Origin: Trichoplax adhaerens
Taxonomy: Eukaryota; Animalia; Placozoa
DNA: 64,000 nucleotides
Reading direction: 5' to 3'
Assembly (NCBI RefSeq): GCF_000150275.1
Contig: NW_002060947.1
Span: forward strand, 2,655,740 to 2,719,739
Part shown: in pieces, positions 46,891 to 61,434 of the stretch
How positions within the stretch are numbered: the stretch's first letter is position 1
Layout: each line of letters starts with the position of its first letter
Notes under the pieces: model-generated
Databases searched by the model: none
The model's input: only the letters and a program-made list of their open reading frames with translations
What the model was told of the DNA's origin: nothing
Program-made: the position numbers and the translations under genes

Positions 46891-46982
46891 TAATAATAAT
46901 TAATTATAATTAATAAAACTGACAGGCGAGCTTTCTGCACTCTTTATTTACTGTAGCTCTTATTGCGTTCCACAGTAAGTAT

Positions 46983-49231
46983 ATGGAGCAAAGAAAGATA
47001 AACGTAAGAAAGGATGAGTTTACGTTAGGTCCCTGGAAATTGATATCAACAGAAGGAAGTATACTCAAATCGGCATGTAGTCAACCTGATATTTGCCAAA
47101 ATCAAAGTAAAAAATGTGAATTATGCACGTAAGGAATGAATATCAAACTAATTGTAAAGGTATAATCTCTCAACTTGTTACCGAGCTTCGTCATCCTATG
47201 TTATTCATCACGAATTCTCGCTAGCAACTTCAGTTAGAAGATTGTGGCTTGTTAGCAAGAATATACGCGTATGTTGTACAGTAACAACTAACCGTAGGCA
47301 TGGACACTAGAAAAAAAAGACCTTGTAGTCCATGGCCTACATGCCTGCAGTAGGTAGACATAATTTTAGTATTTTTAGTAATGTACTGTACAGTATGATA
47401 CTGTACTTGTAACTATCCCACATTCATATCTCGCGGGTGTTGCCTCGAAAAGATTAAATTGTTATATTGTATGATAGATTACTAGGTCTTCTTCTACTGT
47501 ATTAGTCTATGAGTGTCAAATTCACAATTTTCGAATCTTAAGACCAATCAACCTTAAATCTGGATGACATTTTAGCATTAGTCACAGCAACTCTAATCCC
47601 CGATATTAGCATTAGTATTTATTTATTAGTCGACCCCGCGCTCGGTATACTTCGGGTATACCAACTGTACAGTACTTATACCTTTTACTAATTTCATATG
47701 TACGTATACGTATGGGCATTGGTACAGCATATATTATATGTAACTCGTTTGTAATTTCGATAGGATATTAGCCGCTATCGACATTCCTCTTCCGGAAATG
47801 CTATTTGCCAATAATTCTCTCAGGTTAGAGCATCGAAACGGTTTTGGAATTGAATTTAATCCGACAGATGCTCTTAAATTAGTTAATAATCAGAAGGAAC
47901 ATATTAAAGTTGCTTACGCTGAAGAATGGCAAAAGAACAGGTTATTTATCGGATTTGGATAACTTTATCTGTATTTGACGTGAGCAAATCAATCAGTGGT
48001 TCGTTTTACAGTATTCTCTTGCTATGATGAGAATCTCTTATGAGCAAATTTCGTCATTTTAGCTATTGTAACCGGTAGTACGGCTTTCAAATTGTCTATG
48101 GAAAGTTGTAATAACGATGATGGCAATAAAAAAAAGATAATTTGAATTTTAATATATTCTATTAAGAGTTTCCAGTGAAGATCCGGTTAATGAAACCGTT
48201 AAAAGGTTTGATTGGACTTACTCTTCAAAGTATAAAGGAACCCTCTTCGGTGATGGAATAAAAGTAAAGGCTGATTATATTATGCGATTAAGTATATTAA
48301 GTAGCTAAAACAATTTAGCAATTGTTAGGGTTTGCGATATTTTCTTTGATGATCGACCCCATCGATAATTTTCACATTGTGATTGGATGTTGCGTTAACT
48401 TTTTATTCATGATGTTCACTACCTGAATAGACTATTAATGCATTATGATTAATTCTTAGGCTTCCTCTACGACTCAGCGAATTGACATAGAAAAATTAAA
48501 AGCCAAAGAGAAAATTTATCATTATAAAAGCATAATGCTATTTGAAGATGAATTAGCAGATAACGGCTGTGCGTGGATGAATGCGAAAGTGGTATAATCT
48601 CAGAATAGTACAATATTAGCCTTATCTTTACTGTTCTATTTATTGATTTGATTTGAAACTACTGTCATTTCCTACACCAAAACTTCTAGCGAGTCATGCC
48701 AGGCTATGTATTTTTCCTATTACGCTTCTTTTTGCGAGTGGATAATGTTCTAGCGCGAGTCTATGACACCAGATTATATCATCAGGTTTGGCTGTCGTGT
48801 TAATGATATCTAATTATAACTTAAATGCAATTTTTAGCAAAATATAAAAATGGAAGAGTGCAAATGCCCGAATACATAACTTGACTTAAGCTTCGAATTG
48901 GAAATATCTACCATACTGATTAATTATTTATGATTAATAGGCGGAAACTAATTATATGCTACGAGAATTCTTAGCCAAGGAATGCAATTTACAACAAGTA
49001 AAGGTATCCAATTCACCTATAAATACGATATATTACATATAACTAATATACGGTAACGTGAGTAATTTATGGGTACCTCTACAGTACTAGCTTTCATTTA
49101 AATCGCTAATTTGTTACTTTCTGCTTCGGTCGTAGGTTCCGTCTCATGTACTTTCAGATCCAGCCGAAATAGATAAATTTTTGACAGTTACTGAAGAGCA
49201 ACTAGAAGTTGTTTCCCTTCCTATACTTTAA
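46983..49231 (+). CDS. TIPRL: TIP41-like PP2A regulator, 7 exons
   Basis: [10 protein letters not shown]...[12 protein letters not shown]; [13 protein letters not shown]; [10 protein letters not shown]; [26 protein letters not shown]. Confidence 0.93.
47294..47340. repeat. Inverted repeat with CATGGAC...GTCCATG ends in TIPRL intron 1, same end family as 3902-3952
   Basis: Arms gtaggcatggac / gtccatggcctac. Confidence 0.6.
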
Positions 49232-50695
49232 TCCTGTAGATTATCGTTAAATTAATTTGTAATCGATCCTTTTATTCATAGATTATTATAGAAAGGCCAT
49301 CGTGGTAGTTCTCTTAAATTTTGAGCATATAATCTAAACTATGATACTTACTGCATGTCGGCAGACTGTATACTATCGGTATGTTATCATGGAATGCTTT
49401 TAGACCGTATTGCAGTATAACATAAATACTCGTATAGGTATTAGTATAAGTAAAATTGCATAGGTCATCATTCTATTAACAACTAAATGTAAATATACTG
49501 TATATTGCTGATCAAAAAGTCCTACGGTACTGCCTAATAAATTATGGTAAAAATTTTAAAAATCTATTGTGGAGATTCAGGTAATATTTTATTAGTCTGA
49601 CTTAAGATCTAAAGTTGTATGAATATATGATTAATTAATTACAAATCAACTAGGAGATTATATTCTTTTTCACACAATACTAGGAATATGATGTGGATGT
49701 TCAATATTAGCCTGAAGATAACGTAATTCCTTTCAATTGTTTACCTTTCCATTTTCTCTGATTTTGTACCTTACCCTTAGAATAAAGGTTGCGATAAATT
49801 ATTTTAAGTAGCGAGACCCTTAAAACTGATCCGAATTTACCCGAAATTAAAAAAATTACGCGAAATAGTAACGTATGAAGGCGACAATCATAATCATATA
49901 CTGTTTATTTATAAAAATTATTTTAGAGATAGACGAAGTGATTAGATTCTTATCATCGTATGTTATAAAATACAGTGGGATGTAAGATGTCAATATCTGA
50001 TAAAATAGTGATACTGTATATGAAGTACCATATATACAGACACGAGGGTTACGTAATTTAGAAATATAAAAGAAAATAGAATAAACAAGATAAACTTATG
50101 AAAGGTACTATAAATATGACAGGAAATAAATAAATGATCAAACAGATTCCCTGTAACTCGCGTTATAAGCTTTATATTTAAGCTTCCATAGACCATCGTT
50201 ACAGTTCTACAAGTATACTGTCACATCGTCTACGGTAAATTAATTTTGAATCTAGGATTCATCAAATTTGATCTCAGAATTGAAGGTTATGTTTAGCTAA
50301 TTCAAATTTTTGCTACCAATTTTGAAGAGCTCTATTTACCGTAATATAATTTATTATTAGCTTTCAATTAGTTCTTTGTTTGTAATCGAAATTAAAAATG
50401 ATCCTTTTTCACGCGATTACATGCTAACTCTTGAATGTACACCGCTATGGCGAAAAGCTACGTGCATTCCTCACCATTATAAAGAATGTAAATTCATCCT
50501 ACACATTATAATATTATCAATTACCATTATGGATACAAACAAATGCATCGAATTGGTTGATCTTTTAGAGTTTTATGCAGTCCACAGATCAGAATTTATG
50601 AAGTTAATTTTGGGACTGTAAAGAGGTTCAGTTCGACTAATACATTGCAATTGTCCGTGCTCATTGGATATCGCTAAAATATAAAGGCAACGAAT

Positions 50696-53600
50696 TTAAA
50701 TAGAAGTCACAGGTGGTCTAGCGAAAGAGCGGGGTATAAAGCCCTGCTTATTGCTGGTTGGTGCATAAGCCCAAATCCAACTTTCATCATTTTGATCATC
50801 AAGTTCAGCATAAACAATTTCGCCTCTTCTAACGTCTAAGTCATCGATGGTCCTAGCTTGGTAATCAAAGAGAACTACAAGACGGGTGCCTTGCTGCTTG
50901 ATAACTGTTGAATCCGTACTGAACATAGATTCATTTTCAAAATCTGTTTTTATAGACGAATCATCCTGATTCGAAATTGCCTTGAATGTTTCTAGAGATA
51001 GATGTAGAATACGACAAAAAGTTAAATGCTACTACAAAAGTCAAATATCTTATATCCTTGTCGATAGTACATGAATCAAGTGTCTATAGTGGTGGAAAGT
51101 GCGGTTTATAAGTACTTCTCAATTGATATGTATTCATATTAATCTGTGGTTATATAAAAATACATTCACATAAATACAGTTCTAGTATTAATGCCTGTCC
51201 GCATGATTAAAATAAGAATATATTTTACTAAGCCATTCTGAGAGGAAGTGATAGCGAGCATATGCAGCATTATTTGCTAATCATATGCAGTACGCTTCTG
51301 TATTTTTATCGAATAAGCGTACTCTTACCTTAATCTTATTAGCTATCAATGTTGATAGTCATCTGCGAGTATTGTGAACTAGTTCTATTCGTAATGACAT
51401 TCTCTTTATAAAACAGCTATTAAATACTAACCATCATCAATGGATAAGCTAGACAACGGAACAAATCCTTCTTTCCTATTATCTTTCGCTATCCAAGCCC
51501 AGTTATCATTATCGATATTAAGAACCTTAACCAACTCTCCTTGTTGAATGGAAATATCACAGTCAGTTTCGGCTTGAAAATCTGCAGTTACTAGGATCAG
51601 TCCTTGTGACTTAGGACTTCCATTGTTAGAGTTTGAATTTTTATAATAATTATTATTCTTATTATTTATGTCTGGTACAATGCCATCATCTGGTAGACTA
51701 TAAGATTTATTTCGTAATTCTTGCTGTTGATGAGCACTACCAACGATTGATAGATTATCGCTGGATTCACCATATTCCTGGTAGGAATGATTGGAAATTT
51801 TACTATTACTACTTGATCCTGATCCTGTTGTTGCAATAGGGTAGTTATTGAAATTAGATTGAGACTGTTGGTTATAAATATGAGGAGTCGCAGATGTATT
51901 AGGCTGTGAATTTGATGGTAAAGTACTATTTGGCTGATGATTGAATTGATCATCAGTATGATTGGACAATCTTATTCCGTTGTTTCCAACATCTGATTGT
52001 TGCATTCTGTTGTAACTAGCTCGATTTAGTGCGTGAGTAAATCTTTGCCTGGGACTTTGTGGCCTGAAAACAACACCTTTATCTAATTCTTCACTGCTTT
52101 CTTCCTTAGTAACATTCGGTCTACTACGATCAGGCGACGGTTTTTGTAGATTTAAGTTTAATCTGAAATTTAACTGATTGGCAGGAACACTAGGCTGAAT
52201 ACGGCGATTTTGTGATTCTCGATCGATAGACTTTAAATAGGAAAATGTACGACCAAACGATGATTTCATTTCTTGTTTCTGTAATTATAATTACGGTTAT
52301 TAAAATATCTTAAAATATTCGTTAAAAGAATTGCAACGCTAGCATTTTGTAGCATCGACTGTATTTCTTTGCATCAGGTTGTGAGAGGTTAATATCATGA
52401 TGTTATTTGGATAATATCCTATTTGTATTTTTACGTAATACGAATTTCCTCTAAAAATTTTCATATTTTTTTAGTTCAAGTTATAATAAGAGCAATGAGA
52501 GTAAGATTTCTATAACAAATAATTTGTTGCAAATACTTTCACATGGTATTGAAATAGAATCGACCGACCGAATGGCCTGTTAATTAATACTGAGTTACGA
52601 TATCAGACAAGTATACTAAATGTACAGTTTTTACCAGGATAGTCAGTCTAATAATAAAAAAATTACTAAATTCAGTAAATAAAAACCTAATGAACTACTC
52701 TAATACGTTTACTAGTATATACTGTATGCAACGGTGTTTTTAGTATAATTCAATAAAACTAACAGTGATCACTGAATATGTACAGCGTTACATATTATAC
52801 AAATATGTTAGTAAAAATCGAAATATTTTTTAATATTGCATACCATACGCTGTATGGGGTATACTTTACAGTGTGAGTAATAATCAATAGGAAACTGTAC
52901 TTTTCTCTAATTGATGTAGCTATGAGGAGACATTAGATTTAAATTTATACTTAAACTACCTGATTCTATAGTTTGGGATTATAAAAGTCAAAGGGAGTTA
53001 GATTTAGCTGCAGCATACTAAGCGACGATGTTTGAGCTACCTATACGATCAGTTACCTTGCAAGCATAGAATAACATAATCTATAAGTGACTGCGTGATA
53101 TTTTATTCGTAGGAACAATCTTTTAGTTACAAATAGAGGAGGTAACGTAGGTGGATAGATCTGGAAAGATTTAATCAAGGGGCATAATGGACTTTTGATA
53201 ACGATTCGTATGCGCACACTGTAGTAAATTAGCATGGTTACTTCACATGAGCAAATATGGTACCGTACTATAGCAAAAGAGCGCGGAACAATTTGTAAAA
53301 TTATCTATGTTATTTCAAGATCGAAACTATCATAATGGAACTAACTCTTATAGCGTAATCGCATATTGAATGTTAATCTAACAATAGATACGGTATTTAA
53401 CTAAAATAGATTAAATACTTATAAATCAGCATTTTACTCAACTTTAAACTAGAGTAGATATGACCGAACAAACTACTGTATATACAACAATTAAAAACAA
53501 TTTTAAATATTCAATTTTATTTAACTTATATCATATCCAGAAAATTTTACGTACTTTTCGTGGCTTTTCAATGTTAGGAGATTGCTTTAACGCGCAATAG

Positions 53601-55258
53601 GAATAGGGTACAAATCCTTCACCCCCATGACTAGCTTGTACATATACCCAATCATTATCACGATATAGAAGTGTCACGATATCTCCTCGCTTAACTTCTA
53701 GCTCGTCTTCAACGCAAGGCTGAAAGTCTTGTAGTATCACCATTTTCATCCTAGCAAAATCTTTGCTATCATCATTAGCTGCGCTGCGGCTTATTTCAAT
53801 TGCAAGTAGGCTTTCAAGACTTGAACTTCCAGTAATTCTCGCTGGCATATAGGCAAATGCATTTTGGTTTCTCCCTACAGAAATTTCATATATTATGCGT
53901 AAGTGCCATTCCCTGAATAATCTAATTGAATCTAATGTAAGCCTCGAATGGACTCATAAAAGGTGCAAAGATTTACTCTTAAAGCTGTACTCTTGATCAA
54001 AAATACTGTTTCAGATTATATAAGAATTAGAATATCAATTAATAAGAAATTGTAGCTGGTAGTGAGAGCCAAAATTTGAATTATATGGTACGCTGTATAT
54101 CGATCATTTGCTAGTTTGTCAAGCGATAAATACTGTTATTATGTTTCTACTTAGCTAGGATAAGAAGAACTCTTAATTGATCGATTTGAAATATTTTTTG
54201 TACTTTATCTTTTAAGTTATGAATAGTTGATGGAAAGTAAACCGAGAAACAATAGACCATTTTAAAACAAAGATGCAATCACGATAATTACAGAAAATAG
54301 TTCAAGTTTCTTGTTGAGGAGAATCATACTATACATGTAGAACTATTAACGGGTATTATAACAGCCATTATTAGTAGCACTATCACTAGTCGCATAGACG
54401 TTTTTATGTACTTGTTTTGATGCAGTAACAACATGATTTAACTTGCTACAGTTAAACCATCTTTGAACCTAGAGAAATTCTTGGTACCTAGAACTAAGTC
54501 AGCATAATATTAAATAATCAAATATAAAGGATGAATCCTTAGATTATAAAAAGTTTTACACTCTTTGTAGGCTAAAATTAAACAATTAAGTGATTGTAAT
54601 CATTAGTTATGATAATTTTGATGTAAGCGAAATTGCTTTCACATAAACTTGACCGCGTTAATAAAACACTAACATAAAACAGCAATAAATTCAAGAGGAT
54701 GGATCTTAGATCCGTATCATTATGAAGTAAAATAGATAGAGTACTGAATTTTGTCTTGTTCTCCTTTGTTAATAATATTTGGCATCATGAAATTCTTAAT
54801 GTTAGTGCTGTTACATTACTCCGAAATTAAATCATCTCCTCCCTTTTTTTCATGTTAATTTATTTAAGTAGGCTTTAAGGCATGTGTTATGTATAGAAAA
54901 CTGAAATCAGTTATTTGTAATTAAATATGATTTAGATAGGATTGAGACCGTGATTTTTAGCATCAGTACTGTAGTAAATCAATCGAAAAGGCATACCATT
55001 CTTTTATATATAATATTGACAACTAGTGAAATCATGTCGATAACAATAAATTGATTGCTATAACGGTAGGCAACTTATTCTTATCAAGCAGATTTCACGC
55101 TAGATGTCAAAGATCACGATTATCATAGTTACCTTGATTATCATAGCTATGGAATTGATATAGTAGATCATCTAACTAAGTTATAGAATCGAGTCCTATA
55201 GATTTCAAAACTTACCTTTTTTACTTTTAGAAAGTCTAATCGGGCATAAGAACGCCAT
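50696..55258 (-). CDS. Dlish: Dlish/Vamana-like adaptor with three SH3 domains. Exons 55216-55258, 53555-53874, 51432-52278, 50696-50991
   Basis: N-terminus MAFLCPIRLSKSKK, motif RITGSSSLESL, SH3-1 DFQPCVEDELEVKRG..LYRDNDWVYV, SH3-2, and SH3-3 WIWAYAPTSNKQGFIPRSFARPPVTSI*. These match my recollection of Drosophila Dlish (CG10933). All junctions are in phase. Confidence 0.85.
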
Positions 55259-58229
55259 GATGATCGGTACGATTATGTTTACAACAGTATATTTTACACT
55301 GACAATACTGTATAATTTATTTTCTCCGAGACACTTTTCATGATTGATGGTATAGGAACTTACGTATTCCTTTCTTTCATGCCCCCAATGGTCGCCGTTG
55401 TGCTAATAACTGACGTCCATATAATTTGAAATACATTATTAGAACAATAGCTGGGAAATTGCGCAAGTCTTATTTGTTCTGTCGGCGTTAGTTATCGGTA
55501 CGCAATTAAAATAAATCATTCTTCAAGAACAATTATAAAACTGACCCATGTACACAGTATTTACTACACAATGGTACAGACAATACCATTGTTCGTCTGT
55601 GTCCCATCGAGCGATGCATCATTTCATAGCAATTTACTAGCATTATCTACTTGTGTTACACGGAATGTATTGACAACTTTTAGCAGTCCTTCAAGTAAAA
55701 ACGACTTCATGAGAACAAAATACAATAATATAGAATTATAAATATTCTGTAAAAAATCACTATGTTCGATGCTTAAAGTTATAGACTATATATAGCGTAT
55801 TGTTTAAAATAGGCAATGCTTTAAATATACGCGTATATACATTTAAAATAAGTGTATGCTTCTAGTTTAAATTTAGCCAAGGAAGCAAGGAAAATATAAA
55901 GAAATTTAAATAATTTATTTCAAATAATATATCGTACTTAATGCTACCATTCTTGTTATGTTACTCAATTTATTAAAAGCAAAGCTGCTCGAAGCTGATT
56001 CACGAATAGTATCTCATTAACACTATGTACTTGAAGCAAATGAGCACAATATGATGCACCGCTTAAGTCACAGCTCTTAGTATAAACACCAGTTAAATAA
56101 TCATTCTTACTTTGAACTGTCAATGTTTTATACTGTACATTTGATTGCAATAAGTATTATACTGTAATATCTGTAGCCCACTTTCATTGTTATCACAATG
56201 TTCAGTAGTTTAATTAATGTATGTTGATTCCGATAAGGTATTATACGTGATTTTTTTTATTTAACTTGAGTTATTGCAACTGATACAGTCGTATTTCTCT
56301 CCTTTTGCTTACGCTAATATCAATTAATCAGACAAATTAGCATGTTCAAGTTACATATTTATCGTTCAAATACGCATATTCATTGACAATATCAGTAGTT
56401 AATCATCCGTATGCTAACAACATTGACTCAGGAAGTTTGACAGAAGCAACCAAATGATCAGCAGACTGGGTGCTTATAAAATTTTTATTTTTTCCTTCGC
56501 TTGTGATTGTAACCTACTAAGTGATTGTATCTGTCTCTGTTATTAATCGTACTGACTATATAAATTATACGATAAAGAATAAGAATAATGGGTCGGGAAT
56601 ATGCTTCGGGTAGCTATTAGTCAGTAGATGCTAATTTGACTACGTCATCGAAACACTTTAAGCGTCATACAGTGAATCATAGACCGTCGTCAGTCTTATT
56701 CAGGCAATAAAGTTTGTATCGAAGGTCAGAGTGTAGTGCTGTACAGCGATATTATTACTACAATAGCAAATATACATGGTCAGTTAAATAGGTAATTTAA
56801 CCATAATAATTGCGTAATAATTAACCAATAATTACTATATGGAGAAACTGTATTGAACGAAGGGAGAGCCTTTGCCATAATTGAAAAATTTAGATAATGT
56901 CTGGTAGTGTATACAGTATGCAATGTGATATGACTAATACGGTTACTAACCAATGTCATGCATGAAGCTATACATCGTCCATAATGAATTCATTCAAAAA
57001 TTTGCTGAAAGTGATGCTTTTTACATTGACTTCAAAATAATACACCGACTACGCCACAAGCGCCAGAAGGAGCTACTTAAAGGTGTAGATCGCTTATGGA
57101 CAGTACCAGTAAAGATCGAAGTTAGACCGATTATAGATCATTAAATAACGAGTCAAAAACATTTACTTGTATTTCGCAAAATAGGAGTCTTACTACTCAA
57201 TAATCATATACACTCTATCAAACAAAGAAGGCATCATTGCGTAATTAACATTGCATTTACTTGAATCAAGTTGTCATGGTTATTTATTATGCTTATTATC
57301 GCATAAAATTCTTTTAAATTAGCCGACAACTTGATTTCTTGTAAACAGTCAAAGATAAATCAGCAGACTAATTTAAATGTTCGATGGTATAATCTTGAAA
57401 CCTAAATTAATATACGCTAAATAATACGTTATAAATCCTTTCCTCACTTTAGTGGTAGACTCAAGGTGCGCTTTTTCTTCGATTTATTCATTTGCTAAAT
57501 GCTTATTTACATGACAGAAAAAGTGTACGAATAGGCATGGGTACACATACTTAGTGGATGTGATGATAGGAATGAAGTCTGTATCATTTGAAGATTATTT
57601 AAATTGTCATTCATGATTGTATTTGATGTTAAAATTGCAGGATGTGATGACGACTACTACAGTACGAGCATGTAAATGCGTGGAGGTAAGAAAGAAAGGC
57701 CTACTTCCATGGTTAAACTTGTGGTAAACGGACTGAACAACCAAATTGGAAGAATAGGTGTTACCTCTACCCGATAGTACACTGTACATAGCATCTGGAT
57801 GAGAGCTGCTAAACGCCGAAATCGGCACTTCGTTAGTTCGAGATTCTTTCAAACTAAAAACCAGGATAATACTGGTATAAAGTGTACAGTACTATCTATG
57901 CACTTCTAGCGTTGAAAAAGATCTAACTGTTATAATTCTATTAGTATCTCAGTGACTTCTCGTTCACACCGCTACCAAATTTTGACTGGGTATGTTCTCT
58001 GACATTCAAATGCAGTTCTGTAGAATGACAGATGAAGGAATGATATGCTGCCGAAGTATGACATTAACCGCAATATCTCGGCTTATTAATAGTATGGTGA
58101 GATACACCGCTGTAAAACCAGTCTAGAAATGCACGAAAATGCGTTTATACCAGTATTCGGCATTACTTCTCTGTTATCATCAAAGAGGTAAAAAAGAACT
58201 TTTTTTCACCTCTATGGTCACCGTAAATA

Positions 58230-58610
58230 TGTACTGTACAGTGCAATAACCGTACAATCAAAGTCTACATTTGTACGCAGAAATTATAAAACTACAGATT
58301 GAATAATTAAAAAAAAGAAAACACGGTTTAAACACCTCAATCACTATTTTGAAAGGTACCGCAGTTTGCTGACTACAATACCAGTATAGTACTGTACACC
58401 AAAGTACAGTACTAATAATTTGTGAACTTACCAACCTCTTTTTCGAGTACTTTAGTCCCTCTCAATACCAAGCATAATAATACTGTATATCCGTTTCTAT
58501 GCCAACCTCATATCAAATTGTCTGCATACAGTGCTGTACAACGTACAGTACGGTACACTCGTACAGTACTGTACAGTGTACAGTACAGTAATATCAGTCG
58601 CTGTACCAGT
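58230..58610. repeat. TACAG/CTGTA array in the Dlish / C6orf118-like divergent promoter
   Basis: gtacagtactgtacagtgtacagtacagta. Confidence 0.8.
58493..58506 (+). promoter_or_regulatory. RFX X-box GTTTCTATGCCAAC upstream of the C6orf118-like gene
   Basis: One mismatch to GTHNYYATRRNAAC. It lies about 120 bp before a 5'UTR donor (cag|gtatgc, 58629). Confidence 0.5.
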
Positions 58611-58816
58611 AAATAATAAAATCATCAGGTATGCTGAGATTATTTTACCACTGCGATCGTAGGATAGAAAGTTTCTAATTATCAAAAATAGTGTTATTTA
58701 TTTTTACCGGAGGCATTGAAGGTTTAGCAAGTATCAAACAATATTGCCTATGGCTTATCATTATCAAATAAGATTAACTTATCATTGCTATTAGGACAAG
58801 ACTTTAAAATTAGGCA

Positions 58817-61434
58817 ATGACAACTAAAAAAGCTCCTAATAGTCTCGGAGATTTGTTACATCGAGTACAAGATGTTCATCGAAAGGATATTAATGATTAT
58901 TGCTCGGGGCATTTAAATCATAATAAGTTGTGGAAAGCGAAGGATGAGCTCTATCACAAGTCATGGGAATCGTCTTTAAAGAAGCCGGTAATTTTCGTTA
59001 CTCCAAGCAAGCGAGTTCATATACCGGTTAATAAACCAATTAGAAGAAAAATGATAGATGCATTAGTGGATTATTCCGTTGGTCCTGCTGGTAATCTTCC
59101 GATAAGTGGTTATTCACTTACAGAGAATCCAGTCAAATCTGTCACTGAAGCTAAGACAGTAAAGAAGGACCGAAATTATGTCTTAGATTTGGATTACAAA
59201 CAGCGTACAGGTAGTGATAAATAAAACTGATATATTTTACGTTTCATGTACAGCGCAGCACGGCTTAATAAATCTACATGAAATAGATTGTTTCAGATAG
59301 TTATGTACAGTAATCCTAATGTCATAAAATTATTATCGACAATATTTTTCGCAGTAGAATTTTCACTGTATTATAACAATTTAATGATTAATATCTTTTT
59401 AGTTGGGCCCGTATTGATAGAAGAAGTTGGATTTCCCGATGTCATGCTTCCGGTAGTAGTCAAAAACAACTTGAGCTCCACCGCTAATGATGAAAATAAT
59501 GACGAAGATGCCATCTTCGAGAACAAATTTATCAATACTTATACACTTCATGCAAAACGTAAAGAGCAATATAAACATCTTCGAGAATTAGATCGAGCAG
59601 TAGTCAAGTGTCAGAGTATTCAAGACAGAGGAATGTTTCGAGATAGACGGGTAGAAGATATAGAACATAAATTGCAAAATGTAAGAAATAAGTGATCCGT
59701 AAATGTGTGAAAATTTTATACCGATAGTTACTATTAATTTCGTTTAAACTTATTACTGGTAATATTACAGGAACTTCAGATTGCCGAGGCAAGCAATGAT
59801 TATATGGAAACCCTTAATAAATTTAGTAACTCTTTTAATAAAATTATTACTTTATCGAAGCTTTATAAAGGAATATTGAAGTTAATCAAGGTCAGTCACT
59901 TGAATATGAATAACAATCTTGAATCATGAAAGATGTATAAAAGAATTACACATATAGCTTCTATTCATCCTAAATCAACGAAATATCTTACTTTTAGGCT
60001 GAATATGATAATTATTTAAATTACTTATTTCGAAGACAACCACTTATACTTGAATCTGTAAGATATGGTGTACAGCAACTATCAGATAAAAATACTGCCA
60101 AATATATTCCAGAATTGAAAAGAGGGATGCTTTCAGTTGATATCTTAGAAGAACAAATAAATGTTCACCTAAAGGAGAATGTTAGGTAATTTTTGTATGT
60201 TTTATTCCAGACCATAAGGTTAAAGTAATACAGCAGAAAATAAGTACGTTAGTCCAGTTTCATCAATTATTATAATATGCTATAATTACCCCCATTCTCT
60301 ATAGTATTCTATATGCTCTTTAATTGTTACTATAAAAATCCTATTTGAATCAGGCTAAGAGAAAAATTAAGAAAGGAGGAACAGCTTACACAAAATGCTA
60401 TAGATGAAATTGCAGGTCTCAATAGAACGCATATATTTCTAAAATTTACTGTAGCGGAGTGGATAAAACAATTTTATGTAATTTATCAAAGCTAAATTTT
60501 CGTGATTTCTATAATAGCTACGCCTAAAAGACTTGTGATACATGTTGAAGAGAAACCAAAAGAAGTAGATAAAGTGATAGATGAACTTCACGTAATGGTT
60601 AGTCTTCCAATAGTTATATGCAACGAATTCATGTTATTGTAATACAATGCTGTATCAAAATTTGAACTTTGAACGCTCCTTATTATCTAAAATGTATTCA
60701 GATTTATAATAAAAGAAGAATAATTCAAAAAATGAAAGAGCATCAGAAAAAAACTCTTGTCCCGGCAACAGTGTGCCAAAGGTTGGACCAATGCATTAAA
60801 GAAACCGAGGTAAATTTTCTGATATTAATGAACCTAACCTAAGATACCTGATGTAGAAATCAAGATAGGGTGTTAAGTAAATCAACGAAATAATCATTAG
60901 TATCATAAATCATTACTTCGATGTTAATCATACCGATTCATATCAGATTCAAATTCAGAAAGTGATGAAACAAGTTGAAATGGTAGAAACAAGAATTAAG
61001 GTGAACATTTGCGAGCTTAGCATTCGATTTTGCACTGCAATAGCTCTTTTAATATTGTAATCTTAACGAAAATACCTCTAGAAGTTAAGCTAACATACTT
61101 CGTTAAATTACAATTTTACGAATACAAATGTATTGTCAGGTACATGGACAATAATCGTTTATTAAATTCACGATGTCGCTGATAATTAATCATAGTTTAC
61201 CATTAATTATAATGGCAGGAGCATCAGACATATATAAACATAGCACTTGGTAAATCAGGATTTACAGCAGATAATAAGCGGTAAGCTTAATAGCTTCAAT
61301 AAATGTTTTGCATATACATCTAATTTATACATTAACCCAATAAAACAAAATTCTACGATAGCCTATTTATGCAGAGATTGAACCAATTTATTGAAAGAAG
61401 ATCAGAATTAGAGCACAACAGCTTGCAACTATAG
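58817..61434 (+). CDS. C6orf118: C6orf118-like coiled-coil protein, about 10 exons
   Basis: N-terminal LLHRVQDVHRKDINDYCSGHLNHNKLW resembles the C6orf118 motif H..D...Y.SGHLN..KL. Later motif ILKLIK|AEYDNYL, then coiled-coil exons ending ...HNSLQL*. Confidence 0.7.

Noticed and set aside
48020-48430. Box C-like TGATGA words in TIPRL introns 2-3 as C/D snoRNAs
   Set aside because: No convincing terminal stem or recognisable rRNA guide. Such words are expected by chance in AT-rich DNA.
49004-49013. U12-like donor gtatccaatt in TIPRL intron 6, and gtatcctt near 7907
   Set aside because: The first lacks the TCCTT core and a U12 branch point. The second has no associated exon. No AT-AC or U12 intron is supported.
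56953-57852. Short ORFs upstream of Dlish
   Set aside because: No recognisable domains or consistent splice structure; likely 5'UTR intron or intergenic DNA.
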